Source: Auanema rhodensis (Eukaryota; Animalia; Nematoda). From it: 43,566 nucleotides of DNA. Shown piece after piece: positions 13,001 through 26,398 of the stretch. Numbering within the stretch: position 1 is the stretch's first letter; every line of letters begins with the position of its first letter. The notes under the pieces were generated by a model. It saw only the letters and a list, made by a program, of their open reading frames with translations. It had not been told where the DNA came from and did not search any database. The stretch is from NCBI GenBank assembly GCA_964057225.1, contig CAXKVF010000083.1, positions 1 through 43,566 of the forward strand, in the 5' to 3' direction. The position numbers and the translations under genes are program-made.

Positions 13001-16000
13001 TAAATTAAAGTTCACGTAAATTTCAAAGTCATGGTTACCATGAACCAATATCAATAAAAATTTGTTTTTAGACTAATATGGACATGGGGAATCTAATTTT
13101 GAAAACCGCATCTCTTTATCTTTCACGTGAAGCGAGTTACATACCAAGTGCACATCACGTGTACATTTAATTAGCATAAATTAAAGTTCACGTAAATTTC
13201 AAAGTCATGGTTACCATGAACCAATATCAATAAAAATTTGTTTTTAGACTAATATGGACATGGGGAATCTAATTTTGAAAACCGCATCTCTTTATCTTTC
13301 ACGTGAAGCGAGTTACATACCAAGTGCACATCACGTGTACATTTAATTAGCATAAATTAAAGTTCACGTAAATTTCAAAGTCATGGTTACCATGCACCAA
13401 TATCAATAAAAATTTGTTTTTAGACTAATATGGACATGGGGAATCTAATTTTGAAAACCGCATCTCTTCATCTTTCACGTGAAGCGAGTTACATACCAAG
13501 TGCACATCACGTGTACATTTAATTAGCATAAATTAAAGTTCACGTAAATTTCAAAGTCATGGTTACCATGCACCAATATCAATAAAAATTTGTTTTTAGA
13601 CTAATATGGACATGGGGAATCTAATTTTGAAAACCGCATCTCTTTATCTTTCACGTGAAGCGAGTTACATACCAAGTGCGCATCACGTGTACATTTAATT
13701 AGCATAAATTAAAGTTCACGTAAATTTCAAAGTCATGGTTACCATGAACCAATATCAATAAAAATTTGTTTTGAGACTAATATGGACATGGGGAATCTAA
13801 TTTTGAAAACCGCATCTCTTTATCTTTCACGTGAAGCGAGTTACATACCAAGTGCACATCACGTGTACATTTAATTAGCATAAATTAAAGTTCACGTAAA
13901 TTTCAAAGTCATGGTTACCATGAAGCAATATCAATAAAAATTTGTTTTTAGACTAATATGGACATGGGGAATCTAATTTTGAAAACCGCATCTCTTTATC
14001 TTTCACGTGAAGCGAGTTACATACCAAGTGCACATCACGTGTACATTTAATTAGCATAAATTAAAGTTCACGTAAATTTCAAAGTCATGGTTACCATGAA
14101 CCAATATCAATAAAAATTTGTTGTTAGACTAATATGGACATGGGGAATCTAATTTTGAAAACCGCATCTCTTTATCTTTCACGAGAAGCGAGTTACATAC
14201 CAAGTGCACATCACGTGTACATTTAATTAGCATAAATTAAAGTTCACGTAAAATTCAAAGTCATGGTTACCATGCACCAATATCAATAAAAATTTGTTTT
14301 TAGACTAATATGGACATGGGGAATCTAATTTTGAAAACCGCATCTCTTTATCTTTCACGTGAAGCGAGTTACATACCAAGTGCACATCACGTGTACATTT
14401 AATTAGCATAAATTAAAGTTCACGTAAATTTCAAAGTCATGGTTACCATGAAGCAATATCAATAAAAATTTGTTTTTAGACTAATATGGACATGGGGAAT
14501 CTAATTTTGAAAACCGCATCTCTTTATCTTTCACGTGAAGCGAGTTACATACCAAGTGCACATCACGTGTACATTTAATTAGCATAAATTAAAGTTCACG
14601 TAAATTTCAAAGTCATGGTTACCATGAACCAATATCAATAAAAATTTGTTTTTAGACTAATATGGACATGGGGAATCTAATTTTGAAAACCGCATCTCTT
14701 TATCTTTCACGTGAAGCGAGTTACATACCAAGTGCACATCACGTGTACATTTAATTAGCATAAATTAAAGTTCACGTAAATTTCAAAGTCATGGTTACCA
14801 TGAAGCAATATCAATAAAAATTTGTTTTTAGACTAATATGGACATGGGGAATCTAATTTTGAAAACCGCATCTCTTTATCTTTCACGTGAAGCGAGTTAC
14901 ATACCAAGTGCACATCACGTGTACATTTAATTAGCATAAATTAAAGTTCACGTAAATTTCAAAGTCATGGTTACCATGAACCAATATCAATAAAAATTTG
15001 TTTTTAGACTAATATGGACATGGGGAATCTAATTTTGAAAACCGCATCTCTTTATCTTTCACGTGAAGCGAGTTACATACCAAGTGCACATCACGTGTAC
15101 ATTTAATTAGCATAAATTAAAGTTCACGTAAAATTCAAAGTCATGGTTACCATGCACCAATATCAATAAAAATTTGTTTTTAGACTAATATGGACATGGG
15201 GAATCTAATTTTGAAAACCGCATCTCTTTATCTTTCACGTGAAGCGAGTTACATACCAAGTGCACATCACGTGTACATTTAATTAGCATAAATTAAAGTT
15301 CACGTAAATTTCAAAGTCATGGTTACCATGAACCAATATCAATAAAAATTTGTTTTTAGACTAATATGAACATGGGAAATCTAATTGTGGAAACCGCATC
15401 TCTTTATCTTTCACGTGAAGCGAGTTACATACCAAGTGCACATCACGTGTACATTTAATTAGCATAAATTAAAGTTCACGTAAATTTCAAAGTCATGGTT
15501 ACCATGAAGCAATATCAATAAAAATTTGTTTTTAGACTAATATGGACATGGGGAATCTAATTTTGAAAACCGCATCTCTTTATCTTTCACGTGAAGCGAG
15601 TTACATACCAAATGCACATCACGTGTACATTTAATTAGCATAAATTAAAGTTCACGTAAAATTCAAAGTCATGGTTACCATGCACCAATATCAATAAAAA
15701 TTTGTTTCTAGACTAATATGGACATGGGGAATCTAATTTTGAAAACCGCATCTCTTTATCTTTCACGTGAAGCGAGTTACATACCAAGTGCACATCACGT
15801 GTACATTTAATTAGCATAAATTAAAGTTCACGTAAATTTCAAAGTCATGGTTACCATGAACCAATATCAATAAAAATTTGTTTTTAGACTAATATGGACA
15901 TGGGGAATCTAATTTTGAAAACCGCATCTCTTTATCTTTCACGTGAAGCGAGTTACATACCAAGTGCACATCACGTGTACATTTAATTAGCATAAATTAA

Positions 16001-16016
16001 AGTTCACGTAAATTTC

Positions 16017-17072
16017 AAAGTCATGGTTACCATGAACCAATATCAATAAAAATTTGTTTTTAGACTAATATGAACATGGGAAATCTAATTGTGGAAACCG
16101 CATCTCTTTATCTTTCACGTGAAGCGAGTTACATACCAAGTGCACATCACGTGTACATTTAATTAGCATAAATTAAAGTTCACGTAAATTTCAAAGTCAT
16201 GGTTACCATGAAGCAATATCAATAAAAATTTGTTTTTAGACTAATATGGACATGGGGAATCTAATTTTGAAAACCGCATCTCTTTATCTTTCACGTGAAG
16301 CGAGTTACATACCAAATGCACATCACGTGTACATTTAATTAGCATAAATTAAAGTTCACGTAAAATTCAAAGTCATGGTTACCATGCACCAATATCAATA
16401 AAAATTTGTTTTTAGACTAATATGAACATGGGAAATCTAATTGTGGAAACCGCATCTCTTTATCTTTCACGTGAAGCGAGTTACATACCAAGTGCACATC
16501 ACGTGTACATTTAATTAGCATAAATTAAAGTTCACGTAAATTTCAAAGTCATGGTTACCATGAAGCAATATCAATAAAAATTTGTTTTTAGACTAATATG
16601 GACATGGGGAATCTAATTTTGAAAACCGCATCTCTTTATCTTTCACGTGAAGCGAGTTACATACCAAATGCACATCACGTGTACATTTAATTAGCATAAA
16701 TTAAAGTTCACGTAAAATTCAAAGTCATGGTTACCATGCACCAATATCAATAAAAATTTGTTTTTAGACTAATATGAACATGGGAAATCTAATTGTGGAA
16801 ACCGCATCTCTTTATCTTTCACGTGAAGCGAGTTACATACCAAGTGCACATCACGTGTACATTTAATTAGCATAAATTAAAGTTCACGTAAATTTCAAAG
16901 TCATGGTTACCATGAAGCAATATCAATAAAAATTTGTTTTTAGACTAATATGGACATGGGGAATCTAATTTTGAAAACCGCATCTCTTTATCTGTCACGT
17001 GAAGCGAGTTACATACCAAATGCACATCACGTGTACATTTAATTAGCATAAATTAAAGTTCACGTAAAATTC
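16017..17072. repeat. 2-monomer (352-bp) local HOR, 3 copies (M92-97), with a further copy at 15313-15664
   Basis: A monomer carrying TGAACATGGGAAATCTAATTGTGG alternates with an AAG monomer carrying CCAAATGC and the AAAATTC end. Confidence 0.88.
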
Positions 17073-20000
17073 AAAGTCATGGTTACCATGCACCAATATC
17101 AATAAAAATTTGTTTTTAGACTAATATGGACATGGGGAATCTAATTTTGAAAACCGCATCTCTTTATCTTTCACGTGAAGCGAGTTACATACCAAGTGCA
17201 CATCACGTGTACATTTAATTAGCATAAATTAAAGTTCACGTAAATTTCAAAGTCATGGTTACCATGCACCAATATCAATAAAAATTTGTTTTTAGACTAA
17301 TATGGACATGGGGAATCTAATTTTGAAAACCGCATCTCTTTATCTTTCACGTGAAGCGAGTTACATACCAAGTGCACATCACGTGTACATTTAATTAGCA
17401 TAAATTAAAGTTCACGTAAATTTCAAAGTCATGGTTACCATGAACCAATATCAATAAAAATTTGTTTTTAGACTAATATGGACATGGGGAATCTAATTTT
17501 GAAAACCGCATCTCTTTATCTTTCACGTGAAGCGAGTTACATACCAAGTGCACATCACGTGTACATTTAATTAGCATAAATTAAAGTTCACGTAAATTTC
17601 AAAGTCATGGTTACCATGAACCAATATCAATAAAAATTTGTTTTTAGACTAATATGAACATGGGGAATCTAATTTTGGAAACCGCATCTCTTTATCATTC
17701 ACGTGAAGCGAGTTACATACCAAGTGCACATCACGTGTACATTTAATTAGCATAAATTAAAGTTCACGTAAATTTCAAAGTCATGGTTACCATGAAGCAA
17801 TATCAATAAAAATTTGTTTTTAGACTAATATGGACATGGGGAATCTAATTTTGAAAACCGCATCTCTTTATCTTTCACGTGAAGCGAGTTACATACCAAG
17901 TGCACATCACGTGTACATTTAATTAGCATAAATTAAAGTTCACGTAAATTTCAAAGTCATGGTTACCATGAAGCAATATCAATAAAAATTTGTTTTTAGA
18001 CTAATATGGACATGGGGAATCTAATTTTGAAAACCGCATCTCTTTATCTTTCACGTGAAGCGAGTTACATATCAAGTGCACATCACGTGTACATTTAATT
18101 AGCATAAATTAAAGTTCACGTAAATTTCAAAGTCATGGTTACCATGAACCAATATCAATAAAAATTTGTTTTTAGACTAATATGGACATGGGGAATCTAA
18201 TTTTGAAAACCGCATCTCTTTATCTTTCACGTGAAGCGAGTTACATACCAAGTGCACATCACGTGTACATTTAATTAGCATAAATTAAAGTTCACGTAAA
18301 ATTCAAAGTCATGGTTACCATGCACCAATATCAATAAAAATTTGTTTTTAGACTAATATGGACATGGGGAATCTAATTTTGAAAACCGCATCTCTTTATC
18401 TGTCACGTGAAGCGAGTTACATACCAAATGCACATCACGTGTACATTTAATTAGCATAAATTAAAGTTCACGTAAAATTCAAAGTCATGGTTACCATGCA
18501 CCAATATCAATAAAAATTTGTTTTTAGACTAATATGGACATGGGGAATCTAATTTTGAAAACCGCATCTCTTTATCTTTCACGTGAAGCGAGTTACATAC
18601 CAAGTGCACATCACGTGTACATTTAATTAGCATAAATTAAAGTTCACGTAAATTTCAAAGTCATGGTTACCATGCACCAATATCAATAAAAATTTGTTTT
18701 TAGACTAATATGGACATGGGGAATCTAATTTTGAAAACCGCATCTCTTTATCTTTCACGTGAAGCGAGTTACATACCAAGTGCACATCACGTGTACATTT
18801 AATTAGCATAAATTAAAGTTCACGTAAATTTCAAAGTCATGGTTACCATGAACCAATATCAATAAAAATTTGTTTTTAGACTAATATGGACATGGGGAAT
18901 CTAATTTTGAAAACCGCATCTCTTTATCTTTCACGTGAAGCGAGTTACATACCAAGTGCACATCACGTGTACATTTAATTAGCATAAATTAAAGTTCACG
19001 TAAATTTCAAAGTCATGGTTACCATGAACCAATATCAATAAAAATTTGTTTTTAGACTAATATGAACATGGGGAATCTAATTTTGGAAACCGCATCTCTT
19101 TATCTTTCACGTGAAGCGAGTTACATACCAAGTGCACATCACGTGTACATTTAATTAGCATAAATTAAAGTTCACGTAAATTTCAAAGTCATGGTTACCA
19201 TGAAGCAATATCAATAAAAATTTGTTTTTAGACTAATATGGACATGGGGAATCTAATTTTGAAAACCGCATCTCTTTATCTTTCACGTGAAGCGAGTTAC
19301 ATACCAAGTGCACATCACGTGTACATTTAATTAGCATAAATTAAAGTTCACGTAAAATTCAAAGTCATGGTTACCATGCACCAATATCAATAAAAATTTG
19401 GTTTTAGACTAATATGGACATGGGGAATCTAATTTTGAAAACCGCATCTCTTTATCTTTCACGTGAAGCGAGTTACATACCAAGTGCACATCACGTGTAC
19501 ATTTAATTAGCATAAATTAAAGTTCACGTAAATTTCAAAGTCATGGTTACCATGCACCAATATCAATAAAAATTTGTTTTTAGACTAATATGGACATGGG
19601 GAATCTAATTTTGAAAACCGCATCTCTTTATCTTTCACGTGAAGCGAGTTACATACCAAGTGCACATCACGTGTACATTTAATTAGCATAAATTAAAGTT
19701 CACGTAAATTTCAAAGTCATGGTTACCATGAAGCAATATCAATAAAAATTTGTTTTTAGACTAATATGGACATGGGGAATCTAATTTTGAAAACCGCATC
19801 TCTTTATCTTTCACGTGAAGCGAGTTACATACCAAGTGCACATCACGTGTACATTTAATTAGCATAAATTAAAGTTCACGTAAAATTCAAAGTCATGGTT
19901 ACCATGCACCAATATCAATAAAAATTTGTTTTAGACTAATATGGACATGGGGAATCTAATTTTGAAAACCGCATCTCTTTATCTTTCACGTGAAGCGAGT

Positions 20001-21647
20001 TACATACCAAGTGCACATCACGTGTACATTTAATTAGCATAAATTAAAGTTCACGTAAATTTCAAAGTCATGGTTACCATGCACCAATATCAATAAAAAT
20101 TTGTTTTTAGACTAATATGGACATGGGGAATCTAATTTTGAAAACCGCATCTCTTTATCTTTCACGTGAAGCGAGTTACATACCAAGTGCACATCACGTG
20201 TACATTTAATTAGCATAAATTAAAGTTCACGTAAATTTCAAAGTCATGGTTACCATGAACCAATATCAATAAAAATTTGTTTTTAGACTAATATGGACAT
20301 GGGGAATCTAATTTTGAAAACCGCATCTCTTTATCTTTCACGTGAAGCGAGTTACATACCAAGTGCACATCACGTGTACATTTAATTAGCATAAATTAAA
20401 GTTCACGTAAATTTCAAAGTCATGGTTACCATGAAGCAATATCAATAAAAATTTGTTTTTAGACTAATATGGACATGGGGAATCTAATTTTGAAAACCGC
20501 ATCTCTTTATCTTTCACGTGAAGCGAGTTACATACCAAGTGCACATCACGTGTACATTTAATTAGCATAAATTAAAGTTCACGTAAAATTCAAAGTCATG
20601 GTTACCATGCACCAATATCAATGAAAATTTGTTTTTAGACTAATATGGACATGGGGAATCTAATTTTGAAAACCGCATCTCTTTATCTTTCACGTGAAGC
20701 GAGTTACATACCAAGTGCACATCACGTGTACATTTAATTAGCATAAATTAAAGTTCACGTAAATTTCAAAGTCATGGTTACCATGAACCAATATCAATAA
20801 AAATTTGTTTTTAGACTAATATGGACATGGGGAATCTAATTTTGAAAACCGCATCTCTTTATCTCTCACGTGAAGCGAGTTACATACCAAGTGCACATCA
20901 CGTGTACATTTAACTAGCATAAATTAAAGTTCACGTAAATTTCAAAGTCATGGTTACCATGAACCAATATCAATAAAAATTTGTTTTTAGACTAATATGG
21001 ACATGGGGAATCTAATTTTGAAAACCGCATCTCTTTATCTTTCACGTGAAGCGAGTTACATACCAAGTGCACATCACGTGTACATTTAATTAGCATAAAT
21101 TAAAGTTCACGTAAATTTCAAAGTCATGGTTACCATGAAGCAATATCAATAAAAATTTGTTTTTAGACTAATATGGACATGGGGAATCTAATTTTGAAAA
21201 CCGCATCTCTTTATCTTTCACGTGAAGCGAGTTACATACCAAGTGCACATCACGTGTACATTTAATTAGCATAAATTAAAGTTCACGTAAATTTCAAAGT
21301 CATGGTTACCATGAACCAATATCAATAAAAATTTGTTTTTAGACTAATATGGACATGGGGAATCTAATTTTGAAAACCGCATCTCTTTATCTTTCACGTG
21401 AAGCGAGTTACATACCAAGTGCACATCACGTGTACATTTAATTAGCATAAATTAAAGTTCACGTAAAATTCAAAGTCATGGTTACCATGCACCAATATCA
21501 ATAAAAATTTGTTTTTAGACTAATATGGACATGGGGAATCTAATTTTGAAAACCGCATCTCTTTATCTTTCACGTGAAGCGAGTTACATACCAAGTGCAC
21601 ATCACGTGTACATTTAATTAGCATAAATTAAAGTTCACGTAAATTTC

Positions 21648-22703
21648 AAAGTCATGGTTACCATGCACCAATATCAATAAAAATTTGTTTTTAGACTAAT
21701 ATGGACATGGGGAATCTAATTTTGAAAACCGCATCTCTTTATCTTTCACGTGAAGCGAGTTACATACCAAGTGCACATCACGTGTACATTTAATTAGCAT
21801 AAATTAAAGTTCACGTAAATTTCAAAGTCATGGTTACCATGAACCAATATCAATAAAAATTTGTTTTTAGACTAATATGGACATGGGGAATCTAATTTTG
21901 AAAACCGCATCTCTTTATCTTTCACGTGAAGCGAGTTACATACCAAGTGCACATCACGTGTACATTTAATTAGCATAAATTAAAGTTCACGTAAATTTCA
22001 AAGTCATGGTTACCATGAACCAATATCAATAAAAATTTGTTTTTAGACTAATATGAACATGGGGAATCTAATTTTGGAAACCGCATCTCTTTATCTTTCA
22101 CGTGAAGCGAGTTACATACCAAGTGCACATCACGTGTACATTTAATTAGCATAAATTAAAGTTCACGTAAATTTCAAAGTCATGGTTACCATGCACCAAT
22201 ATCAATAAAAATTTGTTTTTAGACTAATATGGACATGGGGAATCTAATTTTGAAAACCGCATCTCTTTATCTTTCACGTGAAGCGAGTTACATACCAAGT
22301 GCACATCACGTGTACATTTAATTAGCATAAATTAAAGTTCACGTAAATTTCAAAGTCATGGTTACCATGAACCAATATCAATAAAAATTTGTTTTTAGAC
22401 TAATATGGACATGGGGAATCTAATTTTGAAAACCGCATCTCTTTATCTTTCACGTGAAGCGAGTTACATACCAAGTGCACATCACGTGTACATTTAATTA
22501 GCATAAATTAAAGTTCACGTAAATTTCAAAGTCATGGTTACCATGAACCAATATCAATAAAAATTTGTTTTTAGACTAATATGAACATGGGGAATCTAAT
22601 TTTGGAAACCGCATCTCTTTATCTTTCACGTGAAGCGAGTTACATACCAAGTGCACATCACGTGTACATTTAATTAGCATAAATTAAAGTTCACGTAAAT
22701 TTC
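21648..22703. repeat. 3-monomer (528-bp) local HOR, 2 copies plus a partial third
   Basis: CAC, AAC, AAC+TGAACA+TTTTGG occurs twice (M124-126, M127-129), followed by CAC, AAC. Confidence 0.75.
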
Positions 22704-25700
22704 AAAGTCATGGTTACCATGCACCAATATCAATAAAAATTTGTTTTTAGACTAATATGGACATGGGGAATCTAATTTTGAAAACCGCATCTCTTTATCT
22801 TTCACGTGAAGCGAGTTACATACCAAGTGCACATCACGTGTACATTTAATTAGCATAAATTAAAGTTCACGTAAATTTCAAAGTCATGGTTACCATGAAC
22901 CAATATCAATAAAATTTGTTTTTAGACTAATATGGACATGGGGAATCTAATTTTGAAAACCGCATCTCTTTATCTTTCACGTGAAGCGAGTTACATACCA
23001 AGTGCACATCACGTGTACATTTAATTAGCATAAATTAAAGTTCACGTAAATTTCAAAGTCATGGTTACCATGAAGCAATATCAATAAAAATTTGTTTTTA
23101 GACTAATATGGACATGGGGAATCTAATTTTGAAAACCGCATCTCTTTATCTTTCACGTGAAGCGAGTTACATACCAAGTGCACATCACGTGTACATTTAA
23201 TTAGCATAAATTAAAGTTCACGTAAAATTCAAAGTCATGGTTACCATGCACCAATATCAATGAAAATTTGTTTTTAGACTAATATGGACATGGGGAATCT
23301 AATTTTGAAAACCGCATCTCTTTATCTTTTACGTGAAGCGAGTTACATACCAAGTGCACATCACGTGTACATTTAATTAGCATAAATTAAAGTTCACGTA
23401 AATTTCAAAGTCATGGTTACCATGAACCAATATCAATAAAAATTTGTTTTTAGACTAATATGGACATGGGGAATCTAATTTTGAAAACCGCATCTCTTTA
23501 TCTTTCACGTGAAGCGAGTTACATACCAAGTGCACATCACGTGTACATTTAATTAGCATAAATTAAAGTTCACGTAAATTTCAAAGTCATGGTTACCATG
23601 AACCAATGTCAATAAAAATTTGTTTTTAGACTAATATGGACATGGGGAATCTAATTTTGAAAACCGCATCTCTTTATCTTTCACGTGAAGCGAGTTACAT
23701 ACCAAGTGCACATCACGTGTACATTTAATTAGCATAAATTAAAGTTCACGTAAAATTCAAAGTCATGGTTACCATGCACCAATATCAATAAAAATTTGTT
23801 TTTAGACTAATATGGACATGGGGAATCTAATTTTGAAAACCGCATCTTTTTATCTTTCACGTGAAGCGAGTTACATACCAAGTGCACATCACGTGTACAT
23901 TTAATTAGCATAAATTAAAGTTCACGTAAATTTCAAAGTCATGGTTACCATGAACCAATATCAATAAAAATTTGTTTTTAGACTAATATGGACATGGGGA
24001 ATCTAATTTTGAAAACCGCATCTCTTTATCTTTCACGTGAAGCGAGTTACATACCAAGTGCACATCACGTGTACATTTAATTAGCATAAATTAAAGTTCA
24101 CGTAAATTTCAAAGTCATGGTTACCATGAACCAATATCAATAAAAATTTGTTTTTAGACTAATATGGACATGGGGAATCTAATTTTGAAAACCGCATCTC
24201 TTTATCTTTCACGTGAAGCGAGTTACATACCAAGTGCACATCACGTGTACATTTAATTAGCATAAATTAAAGTTCACGTAAATTTCAAAGTCATGGTTAC
24301 CATGAAGCAATATCAATAAAAATTTGTTTTTAGACTAATATGGACATGGGGAATCTAATTTTGAAAACCGCATCTCTTTATCTTTCACGTGAAGCGAGTT
24401 ACATACCAAGTGCACATCACGTGTACATTTAATTAGCATAAATTAAAGTTCACGTAAATTTCAAAGTCATGGTTACCATGAACCAATATCAATAAAAATT
24501 TGTTTTTAGACTAATATGGACATGGGGAATCTAATTTTGAAAACCGCATCTCTTTATCTTTCACGTGAAGCGAGTTACATACCAAGTGCACATCACGTGT
24601 ACATTTAATTAGCATAAATTAAAGTTCACGTAAAATTCAAAGTCATGGTTACCATGCACCAATATCAATAAAAATTTGTTTTTAGACTAATATGGACATG
24701 TGGAATCTAATTTTGAAAACCGCATCTCTTTATCTTTCACGTGAAGCGAGTTACATACCAAGTGCACATCACGTGTACATTTAATTAGCATAAATTAAAG
24801 TTCACGTAAATTTCAAAGTCATGGTTACCATGAACCAATATCAATAAAAATTTGTTTTTAGACTAATATGGACATGGGGAATCTAATTTTGGAAACCGCA
24901 TCTCTTTATCTTTCACGTGAAGCGAGTTACATACCAAATGCACATCACGTGTACATTTAATTAGCATAAATTAAAGTTCACGTAAATTTCAAAGTCATGG
25001 TTACCATGAACCAATATCAATAAAAATTTGTTTTTAGACTAATATGGACATGGGGAATCTAATTTTGAAAACCGCATCTCTTTATCTTTCACGTGAAGCG
25101 AGTTACATACCAAGTGCACATCACGTGTACATTTAATTAGCATAAATTAAAGTTCACGTAAAATTCAAAGTCATGGTTACCATGCACCAATATCAATAAA
25201 AATTTGTTTTTAGACTAATATGGACATGGGGAATCTAATTTTGAAAACCGCATCTCTTTATCTTTCACGTGAAGCGAGTTACATACCAAGTGCACATCAC
25301 GTGTACATTTAATTAGCATAAATTAAAGTTCACGTAAATTTCAAAGTCATGGTTACCATGCACCAATATCAATAAAAATTTGTTTTTAGACTAATATGGA
25401 CATGGGGAATCTAATTTTGAAAACCGCATCTCTTTATCTTTCACGTGAAGCGAGTTACATACCAAGTGCACATCACGTGTACATTTAATTAGCATAAATT
25501 AAAGTTCACGTAAATTTCAAAGTCATGGTTACCATGAACCAATATCAATAAAAATTTGTTTTTAGACTAATATGGACATGGGGAATCTAATTTTGAAAAC
25601 CGCATCTCTTTATCTTTCACGTGAAGCGAGTTACATACCAAGTGCACATCACGTGTACATTTAATTAGCATAAATTAAAGTTCACGTAAATTTCAAAGTC

Positions 25701-26398
25701 ATGGTTACCATGAACCAATATCAATAAAAATTTGTTTTTAGACTAATATGAACATGGGGAATCTAATTTTGGAAACCGCATCTCTTTATCTTTCACGTGA
25801 AGCGAGTTACATACCAAGTGCACATCACGTGTACATTTAATTAGCATAAATTAAAGTTCACGTAAATTTCAAAGTCATGGTTACCATGAAGCAATATCAA
25901 TAAAAATTTGTTTTTAGACTAATATGGACATGGGGAATCTAATTTTGAAAACCGCATCTCTTTATCTTTCACGTGAAGCGAGTTACATACCAAGTGCACA
26001 TCACGTGTACATTTAATTAGCATAAATTAAAGTTCACGTAAAATTCAAAGTCATGGTTACCATGCACCAATATCAATAAAAATTTGTTTTTAGACTAATA
26101 TGGACATGGGGAATCTAATTTTGAAAACCGCATCTCTTTATCTTTCACGTGAAGCGAGTTACATACCAAGTGCACATCACGTGTACATTTAATTAGCATA
26201 AATTAAAGTTCACGTAAATTTCAAAGTCATGGTTACCATGCACCAATATCAATAAAAATTTGTTTTTAGACTAATATGGACATGGGGAATCTAATTTTGA
26301 AAACCGCATCTCTTTATCTTTCACGTGAAGCGAGTTACATACCAAGTGCACATCACGTGTACATTTAATTAGCATAAATTAAAGTTCACGTAAATTTC

